Part shown: positions 30,401 to 39,564 of the stretch, one piece after another
Layout: each line of letters opens with the position of its first letter
Numbering within the stretch: position 1 is the stretch's first letter
Source of the DNA: a virus
DNA length: 64,000 bases
Reading direction: 5' to 3' (one strand)
IMG/VR virus record: IMGVR_UViG_3300028581_002181
Span: 1 to 64,000 of that record
The notes under the pieces: model-generated
What the model was told of the DNA's origin: nothing
Seen by the model: only the letters and a program-made list of their open reading frames with translations
The model's database searches: none
Position numbers and translations under genes: made by a program

Positions 30401-32195
30401 TAATGTGATTGTGAACAATTCTTTGTACACCACTGATTTTCCAACCAAGACTGTGATTTTTAACAGTGCTCCGACCAACAATGCACAGATCAATATAATC
30501 ACCATGAGTATCAATGGTGAAAATATTATAGATACTGATACTTTCTTAGGAGATGGCAGCACATTTATATTTGTGACCAGAGGCAAATACACCGTTAATC
30601 AATCATCTTATATCAAAGTTAATGGTCAAACAGTTTCGTATATTTTGGGAGAAACTGACAGTGGATATCAATACACTGGCATGACATTGATAAGATTTGC
30701 AGTGCCTCCAGCAGCAGGCAGTGTGATCACCTATGTGTTATACAACAGTGTCAGCAAAACTTTCAGCGAAGTCACTTATGATGATTTTTTAGGAGATGGC
30801 AGCACTGCTGTTTATACTCTAAGTCCTACACCTTTCAACCAAGAACCACTCACACACAATGTGATAGTGAAAGTGGGCAACAGCGTACTCAATGCAGGAT
30901 ACAACGAAAGATTCGATGTCACGTCAAATAGACAGTATGCACTCAACAATTGGCAACAAACTGTTGGATCTGTTTTGAATACTGATGTGAGAGTTTTTCT
31001 AAATGGTATAGAGTTGATTGCCACTCAATACAGATGGGAAAGTGCCACCAGCAGTGTATTTTTAGAATTAGGTGTGGGCACAGTGGGTGATAAATTAAAA
31101 GTTTATGTGATTTCAGATGGTGATTACACAGTGGTTGGCAATACTCTCACTTTAGATTCTGCACCCACAATAGCTCAGTCAATCAAAGTATGGCAGTTCA
31201 CTAATCATGACGTGGAACAAATAGAACGTATTAATTATGATGTGGTAGCTAGAAGTACTTTGATTGTTGCCAGCGAAGATTATTTTGAATATCAAAATTT
31301 AACCAACGGTATTGTGCGTTTGCGCGACCCTGCTTTGGATGCACAATATGTATGGGTGTCGGTGAATGGCACAACTCTATCTCCAAGTGTGGATTATAAA
31401 ATTTCAAATGATCAACAGTTGTTGAAAATTCGAACTCCTCTACAGCCAAACGACGTGTTGGATATTGTACACTTTACTGCGCCCAAATACAATGTAAAAT
31501 TTGGATTTAGACAGTTCAAAGACATGCTGAATAGAACACACTACAAACGTCTTGGTAATGATTACAAATATTATTTGACTCAAAATTTATATTGGTACAG
31601 TCAAGAAATATTTTTGACTGATACCACAGGATTATCTGTGCCAAATCCTATCACTGGAAGACCAGGAGTGTTGTTCATTGATGGCGAAAGAATTGAATAT
31701 TTCTTAAAATACGACAACAAAGTGGGTCAATTGAGACGAGGCACATTGGGCACTGGCATAAAATCAGTGTACACTGTGGGAGTTGAAGCATTTGATCAGT
31801 CTGCTTTCCAAAATGTTCCTTATGCTGATGAAACAGTTACAGAAGTATTCACCAGTGATGGATCTACCGAAAATATTACTTTGAGCTGGATACCACAGTC
31901 GGCCAATGAGTTTGAAGTATTTGTGGCAGGCAAAAGATTGAGAAAAAACAGTATTCGTCAATACAATGTCACACTGGGCATGGACAGTCCTGAAGCAGAT
32001 GTGATTTTACCAGCAGAATTCAGTGTGACTGGCACTTCCACTACCTTGACCTTGACTGTGGCACCCCCCATAAATACTCGCATTACAGTGGTGCGTAGAC
32101 TGGGTAAACTATGGAATCCAGACACAGCATTGAGTCAAACAGAGAATGACATAGCAAGATTCTTGCGTGCAAAAGAAGTGAGTTTGCCGCAATAA
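24411..32195 (+). CDS. Giant baseplate wedge/virion protein, C-terminal part
   Basis: 2594-aa ORF with a TTG start and no SD; its frame is open from 24249. Contains FG-GAP-like blades, GSGY repeats and GDGST repeats. Confidence 0.7.
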   Translation: MIDEKIDEIINIDLIITAPTVGDVLNTDSANGTVAYIFTQGTQSIIYLKDVTGNLTDAAQIKLGPTPVGDYTRVLLEDYDSVAGWWKIDVPSPGTTSGQSDNKKSLVVRDIIKAGDPRTAFLYFNSLDTQQAQSILPTVITPASQLSILSYYKTESIPGYSIYTGDIFDNRFLVRAPKSMSDVLPTATYDEVGIWFNTIQTGIPPVVTEPTALDLPFEDLNGVKEIIDVWNGFLRVLAQPDGLGTFYVPTVGDTVQDDATGSQAEVTYVKVIGFNLLQIYIKNKTGSFSVGTDFGPPVNLTLIGTPNRTVGVIQRSELEDAVVGSLFVFNNPSVLTPISNSAYHFINGLEYYLYQDITQDGVSRQASVPARTNRDYKQTFNIPAGLGYNSGLTEQGIFMVYQRQRNNSYTLYQSFIVPQAQPAALSAEGNFLGLGTSVKMRQNNNVITLYVGTASTNGGASAGRLYFVKKAASIPDWHLNVNPLYTGLFDVTETYYTNDLAAYNDVIYKSLTIQGPGSFNAIFWEEQPEGIDYLGFVPPGPIPGSPSFPTIEGDSTQNIQSVTSFGSAFDVNDSGSVLAVAIDDLVDSSVQKKLVVYRLNNNRYQFAQTLTSPDSGEDNSEFASKIAVSNNGMFIAVSSPKADQVVTDGGVVYLYKQINGVFQTVQTLTSPQPKATERFGNNLDFDGNTLVVSSLNGDTELNFSLDQGLTYFDKGATTFNTKIYNTGSIYVYENYNDVLIYANEFSVNNTNLSEFGKNLKIIDNHVYASLPYYMNDLSSPNTEGLIIDFRKSTDSNTWVNHKSPMYTVDLHKVKSIFLYNVKTKKLISKLDYLDPIQGKIAGTAEQELYYKTNYDPAIYTNGQAGVTVDVQTSWSKEQVGRLWWDLSTVKFYNAYQNNIIFANNYWNKIFPGSSIDVCEWVESTYTPQEWNALASSNSAASVLAGISGTARYNTATYAERRVYDYISKSFSVRYYFWVKDKKTLPNIEGRKITAFDVAQLIEDPRKQFYRHVTLLSDNKFSLYHVSNLLENQDIAINFNFWNIEDKNINIHNQYQLISDGVSYSRPNKEIESVWFNSLIGYDENFRTVPDEKLSIKYKYGTLRKPRQSWFINRIEALKQLIERINAVCSKNLIVYNNDISRLSESQIKPSSVKRLYDLSKDSFADLAFVGTANVTPAVLTPVIVDGKIITVNIATPGSGYKVVPTYKIVDPSNTGSGAELTLTINVSGQITSVTVNRSGSNYSSNTRIEVRKFSVLIESDENVNGKWAIYNWDEEENIWNRSILQAYNVNSFWNYVDWYAENYGKFTEIDYSISDSYKLQLINDEIGDIVKIENIGTGGWILLEKIDNKPDVDYTINYKTVGRQNGTIQFSNQLFDFTSSVTVGFNNTSYDLNTYDYQPITETRIILETIRDYIFINELEIEYNQLFFASLRYVFSEQSSVDWAFKTSFVKGKHNVGELSQKVVYKNDNLENYQDYIDEVKPYKTKVREYISAYELLDNDPTGVTDFDLPATYNSQTNKIEVSVAKIANNQINGYNLTNTYPNKHWLDNLGFKIKEIKISNSGSGYLGVPVLHILGGGGTGAAAKAYVTNGRVIRIEIISQGSGYTSAPTISIQGTLSAGGITATAVAILGDSLIKSTHIRVKFDRTTGTLLINDLVRTENFVGTGNQPKFLLKWPINLKSNKITVTVNQRRALFSEYIYNNAEDTSKSYLRSKGFVAFNQPPALGSSIQIQYEIDANVLQTQDRVNLLYNPTTGQLGKDLAQLIDGIDYGGVEVRSFSFGGGTGWDADPYFSSTWDTYDTTFEDEVFRLDGSTNTFVLSQPLAAGVNYNIYKNGVRIDDPNYGTLQPVSNPNALMKTIVGDGSTTVVQIDEQIIPTVNNDLIVIRKSTSDGSFLPDPDAYDTLLQGGDLTYNTATGILAQDIIVDGDGFVTPTTSKGPEELVPGQVLDTVDIQVYDRSGETGSRINSYNYRGNGTTTTFVIDSLPQSQEGVFVKVNNVIVNNSLYTTDFPTKTVIFNSAPTNNAQINIITMSINGENIIDTDTFLGDGSTFIFVTRGKYTVNQSSYIKVNGQTVSYILGETDSGYQYTGMTLIRFAVPPAAGSVITYVLYNSVSKTFSEVTYDDFLGDGSTAVYTLSPTPFNQEPLTHNVIVKVGNSVLNAGYNERFDVTSNRQYALNNWQQTVGSVLNTDVRVFLNGIELIATQYRWESATSSVFLELGVGTVGDKLKVYVISDGDYTVVGNTLTLDSAPTIAQSIKVWQFTNHDVEQIERINYDVVARSTLIVASEDYFEYQNLTNGIVRLRDPALDAQYVWVSVNGTTLSPSVDYKISNDQQLLKIRTPLQPNDVLDIVHFTAPKYNVKFGFRQFKDMLNRTHYKRLGNDYKYYLTQNLYWYSQEIFLTDTTGLSVPNPITGRPGVLFIDGERIEYFLKYDNKVGQLRRGTLGTGIKSVYTVGVEAFDQSAFQNVPYADETVTEVFTSDGSTENITLSWIPQSANEFEVFVAGKRLRKNSIRQYNVTLGMDSPEADVILPAEFSVTGTSTTLTLTVAPPINTRITVVRRLGKLWNPDTALSQTENDIARFLRAKEVSLPQ

Positions 32196-32198
32196 ATA
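32193..32198 (+). promoter_or_regulatory. Putative late promoter TAAATA (leadered, SD AAGGA)
   Basis: 20 nt upstream of ATG 32219; overlaps the stop codon of the giant ORF. Confidence 0.5.
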
Positions 32199-32218
32199 CA
32201 TGATAAAAGGATGATCTA

Positions 32219-32821
32219 ATGAATAATTTTAACGAACACAACGGCACGCTGATACAAGGACACATCAAAATACTGGATCCAAACACTGGTGAAATATTAG
32301 TGAACAAACGCAATGCCATACACTATGAAAACATGAGCATTGGATTGGCAGAAAGTTTGGCCAATGAAGGTCAAGGATTTATTAATTCCATGGTGTTCGG
32401 CACAGGTGGTACCTACATTGATCCCACAGGTATTGTGACCTATCTTACTCCCAACAGCACTGGTACCAACGCCACTTTATACAATCAAACTTTCAGCAAA
32501 GTGGTGGATGACAGATCAGTCAGCAACACAGATCCAGTGAGAAATAAAATTGAAACTAGACACGTGAGTGGTACCAATTATACAGACATACTGGTAACTT
32601 GTTTGTTGGACTATGGTGAGCCCAGTGGTCAAGACGCTGTGGATGCTGCTACAGGCACAGAAAGTTTATACGTATTTGATGAATTAGGATTACAAAGTTA
32701 CTCCAGTGCAGGCACAGGTAGATTATTGACGCATGTAATATTTCACCCTGTACAAAAAAGTTTAAACAGATTGATACAGATAGATTACACAGTAAGAATA
32801 CAAAGTTTATCAGGATTATAA
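32219..32821 (+). CDS. Conserved virion/baseplate protein (fibre-attachment type)
   Basis: GHIKILDP.TGEILVNKRNAIHYEN, FDELGL, LLTHVIFHPVQKSLNRLIQIDYTVRI; sits directly before the fibre genes. Confidence 0.6.
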   Translation: MNNFNEHNGTLIQGHIKILDPNTGEILVNKRNAIHYENMSIGLAESLANEGQGFINSMVFGTGGTYIDPTGIVTYLTPNSTGTNATLYNQTFSKVVDDRSVSNTDPVRNKIETRHVSGTNYTDILVTCLLDYGEPSGQDAVDAATGTESLYVFDELGLQSYSSAGTGRLLTHVIFHPVQKSLNRLIQIDYTVRIQSLSGL

Positions 32822-32833
32822 TTGACATAAAAT

Positions 32834-34861
32834 ATGGCATACACAGTAAATTTTACAGATGTGGTCAACAAAGGCAGTCTTACTGTGGACGACGGCACAG
32901 TGAATCAGCAGACCAGTTTGTCATTGCCAGGACGTAATACCACTTCATACGGTACCATCATAGCAGAAAATTTTTTACATTTGTTAGAAAATTTTGCCAA
33001 GAACACTGCTCCAGTAAATGCAGTGGAAGGCCAGTTGTGGTATGATACCACAGTGGGTGTGGATCAATTAAAAATTTATGACGGCACACAATGGGTGGCT
33101 GCAGGTGGTTTAAAAAAAGCACTTACTCAACCTTTAGCTGGTGAGAGTGTGGTAGGTGACCTTTGGGTAGACACAGACAATCAACAATTATATCTATTCA
33201 CAGGATCAGGTTGGGTATTGGTGGGTCCAGAGTTCAGTCAAGGACTCAGCACAGGCAGTAAACCATTTGAAATAATTGGCACAGATAATCTCACATACAC
33301 TGTGGTTTTATTAGAAGTACAAACAAAACCAGTGGCCATTATCAGTACCAAGGCCTTTACACCTAAAGCTGCAATCACAGGATTCAGCACTATTCAACCA
33401 GGAATTAATCTCAGTGCTGCCAACATTGAAGGCGCAGGAGTGGGTAAACTTTATGGCACAGCACAAAAAGCAGATGCATTAATTGCTGCCAATAACGAAG
33501 TGGTTTCAGGATCTTTATTTTTAAGAAAAGACAAATCAAATATCGCTGACTTTTCATTAAAAATTAACAATAATGATGGTTTGGATGTGGGCAACAGTGC
33601 CACTCTTAACATTGGCATTGAAGGACAAGCAGCTATTATCAGTCATAAAACTGCAGGAGCCAATATAGATTTTAGAGTGAATGATCAAGGTGTCACTCGC
33701 ACAGTGATGAGAATAGATTCCAATACCAACGTGGGAATCAATAATTTAGCACCTGCTGAAGCACTGGATGTCACGGGCAATATTAAAACTAGCGGAGAAC
33801 TATATGTGGATGCAGTGACCAACGCTAACAACGTGAACACTGGTGCACTAATAGTTAAAGGTGGAGTTGGCATAGCTAAAAAATTATATGTGGGAGAAAC
33901 AACAACTTTTCAAGACAGTATTACAAGCAGAGACATTGCACCCAATGCCAACAACACATACAATATTGGTTCAGTCAGCAACAGATATTTGAACATATAT
34001 GCCAACAACTTTGTGGGCAATCTCACAGGTAATATCACAGGCACAGTGAGCGGTGCTTCAGGAACCAGTAATAAATTGACCAGTTTGACCACATTTGCTA
34101 TGAGCGGTGATGTGAGTGCACCAAGTTTTGCATTTGATGGACAAACAGGAGGCACAACAAAAACATTTGTGACTTCGGTCAGCAACAGTTTTATTGCCAA
34201 CAAAACTGGACAAGCATCTTCATTGTCCAGCGATGAATTTATATTTAATAGGGTGTCAGGCACCACAGGAGTTTTCAAAATCAATAGAGACAATCTGTTC
34301 AATGCTATTGCTAAAATACCCACAGGCAGTGTTTTCCCTTATGCTGGATCCTCAACACCAGCATATTGGTTATTGTGTGATGGATCAGAAGTGTTAAGAA
34401 GCACTTATCCTGAACTATTTGCTGTGGTAGGACACAGTTTTGGCACACCACCCAGTGGTACTGGATCATATTTTTTATTGCCTGATTTTCGAGGCAGATT
34501 GCCTTTGGGTCGTGACAACATGGGCGGTACATCAGCCAACAGAGTCACAAGTGTGTCTGCAGACTCCTTGGGAGGATTTGGTGGCACAGAAAACAAAACT
34601 ATAGGCATCCAGAATTTACCTGAACACGAACATGATTTACAAGGTGCAGCAGGTGCACAATACTACGCCATTAGAGACGTGCCAGGCATAGGCGCAGGTG
34701 AAGTCACAGCAATCACTTATGATGCTCCCACAGGCGCAGGACAAGGTTCAGCTATTGCCAGCAGCGGTGGCGTGGCCAATCCCACAGTGGGTCAACCACA
34801 GGATGTGATGAATCCATTCTTGACCATTAATTACATAATTTACACAGGACAAACACCATAA
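32834..34861 (+). CDS. Tail fibre protein 1 with C-terminal tail-collar domain
   Basis: Shared fibre N-terminus (GRN..YG..IAENFLHLLENFA, GQLWYDT). Collar motif IPTGSVFPYAGSSTPAYWLLCDG..YPELFAVVG..FLLPDFRGR. Confidence 0.85.
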   Translation: MAYTVNFTDVVNKGSLTVDDGTVNQQTSLSLPGRNTTSYGTIIAENFLHLLENFAKNTAPVNAVEGQLWYDTTVGVDQLKIYDGTQWVAAGGLKKALTQPLAGESVVGDLWVDTDNQQLYLFTGSGWVLVGPEFSQGLSTGSKPFEIIGTDNLTYTVVLLEVQTKPVAIISTKAFTPKAAITGFSTIQPGINLSAANIEGAGVGKLYGTAQKADALIAANNEVVSGSLFLRKDKSNIADFSLKINNNDGLDVGNSATLNIGIEGQAAIISHKTAGANIDFRVNDQGVTRTVMRIDSNTNVGINNLAPAEALDVTGNIKTSGELYVDAVTNANNVNTGALIVKGGVGIAKKLYVGETTTFQDSITSRDIAPNANNTYNIGSVSNRYLNIYANNFVGNLTGNITGTVSGASGTSNKLTSLTTFAMSGDVSAPSFAFDGQTGGTTKTFVTSVSNSFIANKTGQASSLSSDEFIFNRVSGTTGVFKINRDNLFNAIAKIPTGSVFPYAGSSTPAYWLLCDGSEVLRSTYPELFAVVGHSFGTPPSGTGSYFLLPDFRGRLPLGRDNMGGTSANRVTSVSADSLGGFGGTENKTIGIQNLPEHEHDLQGAAGAQYYAIRDVPGIGAGEVTAITYDAPTGAGQGSAIASSGGVANPTVGQPQDVMNPFLTINYIIYTGQTP

Positions 34862-37053
34862 TGAGTTATAAAATTAACAAAACTGATGGCACACTGTTGA
34901 TAGATCTGCTGGATGGCAGCATAGATACATCAGTATCTGACATCACACTGATCGGAAGAAATTACAAAGGGTTTGGTGAGTTGATCAACGAAAACTTTGT
35001 GAAGATGCTGGAAAATTTTGCCAGTTCATCTGCTCCGGCCAATCCTTTGCGTGGTCAATTGTGGTATGACACCGCAGAAAACAGATTAAAAGTTTACAAC
35101 GGTACTGCATTTGCCACCAACGGAATTATTGTGGCCAGCACACAGCCCAATCTTGCCACTGGAGATATTTGGCTCAACAGTCTCACCAATCAGATGAGTT
35201 TTTTCGATGGCACTGATTTGGTGTTGGTGGGTCCAACACACACAGCAGCACAAGGAGTGTCAGGCTTTGTGGCTCAAAGCATATTAAACACACAAAATCA
35301 AACCAAGACTGTGCTGAAATTTTTTGTACAAAACACATTGATAGGTGTATGGAGTTCGGCTCAATTTACTCCCATAGCATCTCAAGTGATTTCAGAATTA
35401 ATTACTGGATCCAATCCATTGGGAACCATTTATCCAGGTTTTAATCTTGTCAATAATTCATACAAATACAGAGGCATTGCCACACTGGCAGAAGGATTGA
35501 TTGATGGATTAGGAACCACCATACTGGCTGATTCATTTTTGCGCAGTGATGCCAACGACATCACCACAGGCAGTTTAAAAATACAAAATAATTCAGGATT
35601 GACTTTGGGATTGAATGACAGTCTTCAATTAAAATTTGGCAGTGTGACTCTGCCCAACACTAATATTATTGTGAGCAATGTGAGCAATGCTGATATTGCT
35701 ATCAACGCTAAAAATCCTGCAGAATACACAGCCATATTTGTGGATGGCAGTGCTGCCAGAGTGGGCATATTCAACACCACTCCTGCATATTCATTGGACA
35801 TCACAGGAGATGTGAGAATACAAGGCAATCTAATCACCAGCGGCAACAGCACAGCAGTCACAGCAGAAGATTTAAGAGTGGAAGACAAAACTATTCAGTT
35901 GGCCACCATCACTGGATCAGCTTTGGGCGATGATGCCTACATAGATGGAGGTGGAATAATAATCAAGTCCACAGTGTCAGACAAATCATTGTTGTGGGAA
36001 GATTCCACAGATTCTTGGAAAAGTTCAGAACATTTTAATCTAGCCACTGGTAAAGGATACAAGATCAATGGTACCACAGTATTGAGTGCCACAGCATTGG
36101 GTGCCACAGTGATCAGTGCACCTGGCTTGACCAGCATAGGCACTTTGACCAGTTTGAATGTGGGCAATTTATCACTGTCAGGTATCACACTGAGTGCCAC
36201 AGGAAATTTACAACTGCAAGCCAGCACAAACATTATCAGCGTGCAAGGCTCTGCTCGGATCACAGGAATTGGTTTGCCCAGCGCAGCTTCAGATGCTGTA
36301 AGAAAAGATTATGTGGATGGATACTTGCCCATCAGTCTAGTGGCAGACATCACAGGATTTTCTGCATTGGCAGGCGGAGTAAATGGCAGCATCATAAGAT
36401 TATTAAATGATTTGTATCCAGTGGCAGGATATTCAGCAGCAGGATTGGGAATACCCTCAAGTGCCACAGGTAGAATAGCCAGAGTACACACGGTGGAGTC
36501 AGGCTCATTGAATGTGAATATTCCTGGAGCAAATTTAGAATCAGCTCTGGATGAATCAACCACAGCCGTGGATCAAACTTTGAATGCTGCTCCCAACACA
36601 GTGCAAACCATTCAGACCTATCTCAGCGGTGCAGCACTGTTGGATTCAGGACATATTAGAATTACCACTCCAACAGCACATTTTTATGAAGTGGGCAACA
36701 CAGTGACTATTTCAGGTTGTAATGGATCAGGAGTGTTTGCTCCCACAGGATTTGATGGCACATACACAGTGGCCAAAGTGATAGAAAATGTTATTCCCAG
36801 CACTCAGTTTGACATCAATATTTCAGCCACCATACCAGGCATAAATTCAGTGTCAGGTGCACTGTACAACAACAGTAGTGCTGCAGTGACCAGAACACCT
36901 CAACTGGGTAATTCCAACAAAACTGTGCTGCAGGATGTAGCTTTCAGCACTGTGACAGGCACTGTGACTGCTGTGGTCAACAGAGGTCTAAAACAATTCA
37001 TAGTTTCAGGGGGTGCTTGGACATTCCACAGTGATTTAACATCCACTGTGTAA
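34861..37053 (+). CDS. Tail fibre protein 2
   Basis: Same N-terminal module (GRNYKGFGELINENFVKMLENFA, GQLWYDT); Ser/Thr/Gly-rich beta repeats. Confidence 0.8.
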   Translation: MSYKINKTDGTLLIDLLDGSIDTSVSDITLIGRNYKGFGELINENFVKMLENFASSSAPANPLRGQLWYDTAENRLKVYNGTAFATNGIIVASTQPNLATGDIWLNSLTNQMSFFDGTDLVLVGPTHTAAQGVSGFVAQSILNTQNQTKTVLKFFVQNTLIGVWSSAQFTPIASQVISELITGSNPLGTIYPGFNLVNNSYKYRGIATLAEGLIDGLGTTILADSFLRSDANDITTGSLKIQNNSGLTLGLNDSLQLKFGSVTLPNTNIIVSNVSNADIAINAKNPAEYTAIFVDGSAARVGIFNTTPAYSLDITGDVRIQGNLITSGNSTAVTAEDLRVEDKTIQLATITGSALGDDAYIDGGGIIIKSTVSDKSLLWEDSTDSWKSSEHFNLATGKGYKINGTTVLSATALGATVISAPGLTSIGTLTSLNVGNLSLSGITLSATGNLQLQASTNIISVQGSARITGIGLPSAASDAVRKDYVDGYLPISLVADITGFSALAGGVNGSIIRLLNDLYPVAGYSAAGLGIPSSATGRIARVHTVESGSLNVNIPGANLESALDESTTAVDQTLNAAPNTVQTIQTYLSGAALLDSGHIRITTPTAHFYEVGNTVTISGCNGSGVFAPTGFDGTYTVAKVIENVIPSTQFDINISATIPGINSVSGALYNNSSAAVTRTPQLGNSNKTVLQDVAFSTVTGTVTAVVNRGLKQFIVSGGAWTFHSDLTSTV

Positions 37054-37055
37054 GA

Positions 37056-37061
37056 TAAATA
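37056..37061 (+). promoter_or_regulatory. Putative late promoter TAAATA (leadered, SD GAGG)
   Basis: 21 nt upstream of ATG 37083. Confidence 0.5.
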
Positions 37062-37082
37062 AACTTGTAAGAGGAAAAAAAT

Positions 37083-38519
37083 ATGCCATATCAAATAGAT
37101 CTAACTAACGGAACGCTGCTTACTACCATACAAGATGGTACCATAGACCAAACCACCAACCTAAAACTGGTGGGCAGAAACTATGCAGGCTACGGAGAAA
37201 TTCAAAACGAAAACTTTGTGCATCTATTGGAAAATTTTGCCAGCAACAATGCACCCAGCAGACCTTTGGATGGTCAGATATGGTTTGACACAGCAGCCAA
37301 CAAATTAAAATTTTATGACGGTGTAAAATTTAGAACCACAGGTGGTGCTGAAGTGGGCACTACTCAACCAGCTGGATTGACCACTGGAGATTTTTGGTGG
37401 GACACTGGCAATGACCAGCTGTATGCTTACAATGGCACATCATTTGTGTTGGTGGGACCACAAGGAGTTGGAGCCACAACCACCCAGTTGAAGAGTCGCA
37501 CAGTCAAAGACACACTGAATGTGAATCAACCCATCATAGAAGGCATCATAGATGATGTCACAGTATTTTTAATCAGCAACAGTCAATTCACCATCAACAC
37601 AGTGGATCCCACTCAATTTATCACAGGATTTGACAGTGTGAAAAAAGGTATCACCATGGTGAACACGCAGAACGCCACAGGTGGAGTCACCAGCACAGAT
37701 CATAGATTTTGGGGCACAGCAGCCAACGCATTGAAACTGGGTGGAGTGGATGCTGCAAACTTTTTACAGGTGGGTGGCAACACCAATTTTGATGATACTG
37801 GATTCACAGTGGGCAGCGGCAATGATCTTAGAGTGAGTATTATCAATGGCAACGAAGGTAGAATTATCAACGAAGTAGGCTCAATAATTAAAATGGGAGC
37901 CAGCAACACACACTCAGTGAGTGTGACTGCCACAGGTATTAATCCACAACTGACTAACACATTCACTTTGGGCACAGCAGGCAACGTGTTCAGCAATGTG
38001 TATGCTACCAACTTCACAGGACTGGCTTCAGAAGCCACAGCAATCAAAGTAAGTTCCACATTGTACAGTGGGTCAACTGCTGCAGGAGTAAACACAGTGG
38101 CATTGCGAGATGCTTCAGGCAATTTAACAGCCAACATTTTCAATGGAGTGGCCACTCAAGCAAGATATGCGGATTTGGCAGAAAAATATTTGGCAGACGG
38201 CAATTGGCCCATTGGCACAGTGATGAGCATAGGCGGTGCAAAAGAAATTCAAAAGGCCACTGAAGGCAGCATAGTGGTGGGCGTGGTGAGCGGTGCTCCA
38301 GCATATTTGATGAACGCTGAACTGCAAGGTGGCACTGCAGTGGCCATCAAAGGCAGAGTGCCAGTTTTGGTAACAGGTGCAGTGACCAAAGGTGACAAAA
38401 TCGGGGTGAGCAGCACAGCAGGAATTGGTATCAAAGTCACAGAAGGTGATTATTTTGCAGTGGCTTTGGAAGCTGACAGCAGATCAGGCGTCAAACTGGT
38501 TGAGTGCTATATCAAATAA
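37083..38519 (+). CDS. Tail fibre protein 3 with C-terminal intramolecular-chaperone-like domain
   Basis: Same N-terminal module. C-terminal YADLAEKY..PIGTVMSIGG..VGVVS..PAYLMN..KGRVPVLV..GDKI. Confidence 0.75.
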   Translation: MPYQIDLTNGTLLTTIQDGTIDQTTNLKLVGRNYAGYGEIQNENFVHLLENFASNNAPSRPLDGQIWFDTAANKLKFYDGVKFRTTGGAEVGTTQPAGLTTGDFWWDTGNDQLYAYNGTSFVLVGPQGVGATTTQLKSRTVKDTLNVNQPIIEGIIDDVTVFLISNSQFTINTVDPTQFITGFDSVKKGITMVNTQNATGGVTSTDHRFWGTAANALKLGGVDAANFLQVGGNTNFDDTGFTVGSGNDLRVSIINGNEGRIINEVGSIIKMGASNTHSVSVTATGINPQLTNTFTLGTAGNVFSNVYATNFTGLASEATAIKVSSTLYSGSTAAGVNTVALRDASGNLTANIFNGVATQARYADLAEKYLADGNWPIGTVMSIGGAKEIQKATEGSIVVGVVSGAPAYLMNAELQGGTAVAIKGRVPVLVTGAVTKGDKIGVSSTAGIGIKVTEGDYFAVALEADSRSGVKLVECYIK

Positions 38520-38565
38520 TAATCAATATGATGTCTAAAATATTCATGGGACAGTTCAACCCAAC

Positions 38566-38571
38566 TAAATA
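38566..38571 (+). promoter_or_regulatory. Putative late promoter TAAATA (leadered, SD AGGA)
   Basis: 19 nt upstream of ATG 38591. Confidence 0.5.
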
Positions 38572-38590
38572 CTCGTATAGGAAATAATTT

Positions 38591-39487
38591 ATGGCAGTAG
38601 GTGATCCAATAACAGCAGCAAGGTACAATATTATTCAGTCCACAGTGGCCAACGTGCTGAGCACAGGATCAGGAGATTCTGGATATGGACAAGCACTGCA
38701 AAGCAATCAAGTTGCACAGAATCAGTTGATCGAAGACGATCACATGAACACTTTGAGATTGGACATACGCAAAGCCTATCTGCATCAAAACAATTCATAT
38801 CCCACATTGACTGTGGTCAGCACTGCAGACACAGTGACTGATAACACACTAAACAATTCATATGCAACTTTTGAAACATTGGCCACCAACATCAATACCA
38901 ACCGCAACACCATCAGCGCCAGCAGATTGACCACAGGCAGCACAGCATCCAGTTATGTGAGAACCACCACTTGGAATGCCACACGTGTGGGCAACTTCAC
39001 AGTGACTTTTGCCAGCACCAATGCTGCTAGACATTTTTTCAACTCAGGCGGAGCAGTACAGATTGATATGAGTGTCACAGCCGGCACGGTCAAGAACAAT
39101 GATTGGAACACAATGTTCATCACCAATATGGGAACCTTAACTTTTGCTAACCTTGCTTCCAGCAGATCAGGTGCAGGTGGCACATTGACTTCATCTGTGG
39201 CTTATACCACACTGACTACCAGTTATCAAACAGTGTATTCCAGCGTTGGCAGTGGTGTGTACGCAGCCAGCAATTTCAACATTCAAGTGCGATTCACAAA
39301 CATTTCCAGCTTAGTGATAGAGTTTCAGATCACCTTGAATGATGCTGCCGCAGGCACTATAGATGAAGACGTGGCAGCTAATCTCAACATCAACGTGAAC
39401 AGACGCATAGCCAACGGTGCCTTGAGTGATCCCATCACCATCGCAGAACCTACTTTTGGTGTCATGAGCGGCACAGTCACAGCCTAA
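38591..39487 (+). CDS. Putative virion structural protein (fibre-associated)
   Basis: MAVGDPITAARYN..GYGQ..FTVTFAS..ARHFFNSGGAVQI; Thr/Ser/Asn rich; last gene of the tail module. Confidence 0.6.
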   Translation: MAVGDPITAARYNIIQSTVANVLSTGSGDSGYGQALQSNQVAQNQLIEDDHMNTLRLDIRKAYLHQNNSYPTLTVVSTADTVTDNTLNNSYATFETLATNINTNRNTISASRLTTGSTASSYVRTTTWNATRVGNFTVTFASTNAARHFFNSGGAVQIDMSVTAGTVKNNDWNTMFITNMGTLTFANLASSRSGAGGTLTSSVAYTTLTTSYQTVYSSVGSGVYAASNFNIQVRFTNISSLVIEFQITLNDAAAGTIDEDVAANLNINVNRRIANGALSDPITIAEPTFGVMSGTVTA

Positions 39488-39520
39488 ACCATTTAACACA
39501 TAGCCAAAATTCTACACATC

Positions 39521-39564
39521 TAAATAACATTGCAGTTGACTTTGCAAACAAAAAGTGATATACT
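39521..39564 (+). promoter_or_regulatory. Tandem late (TAAATA 39521-39526) and sigma70 (TTGACT-17-TATACT 39536-39564) promoters
   Basis: Read directly from the sequence; SD AGGAG at 39571-39575 before ATG 39580. Confidence 0.75.
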
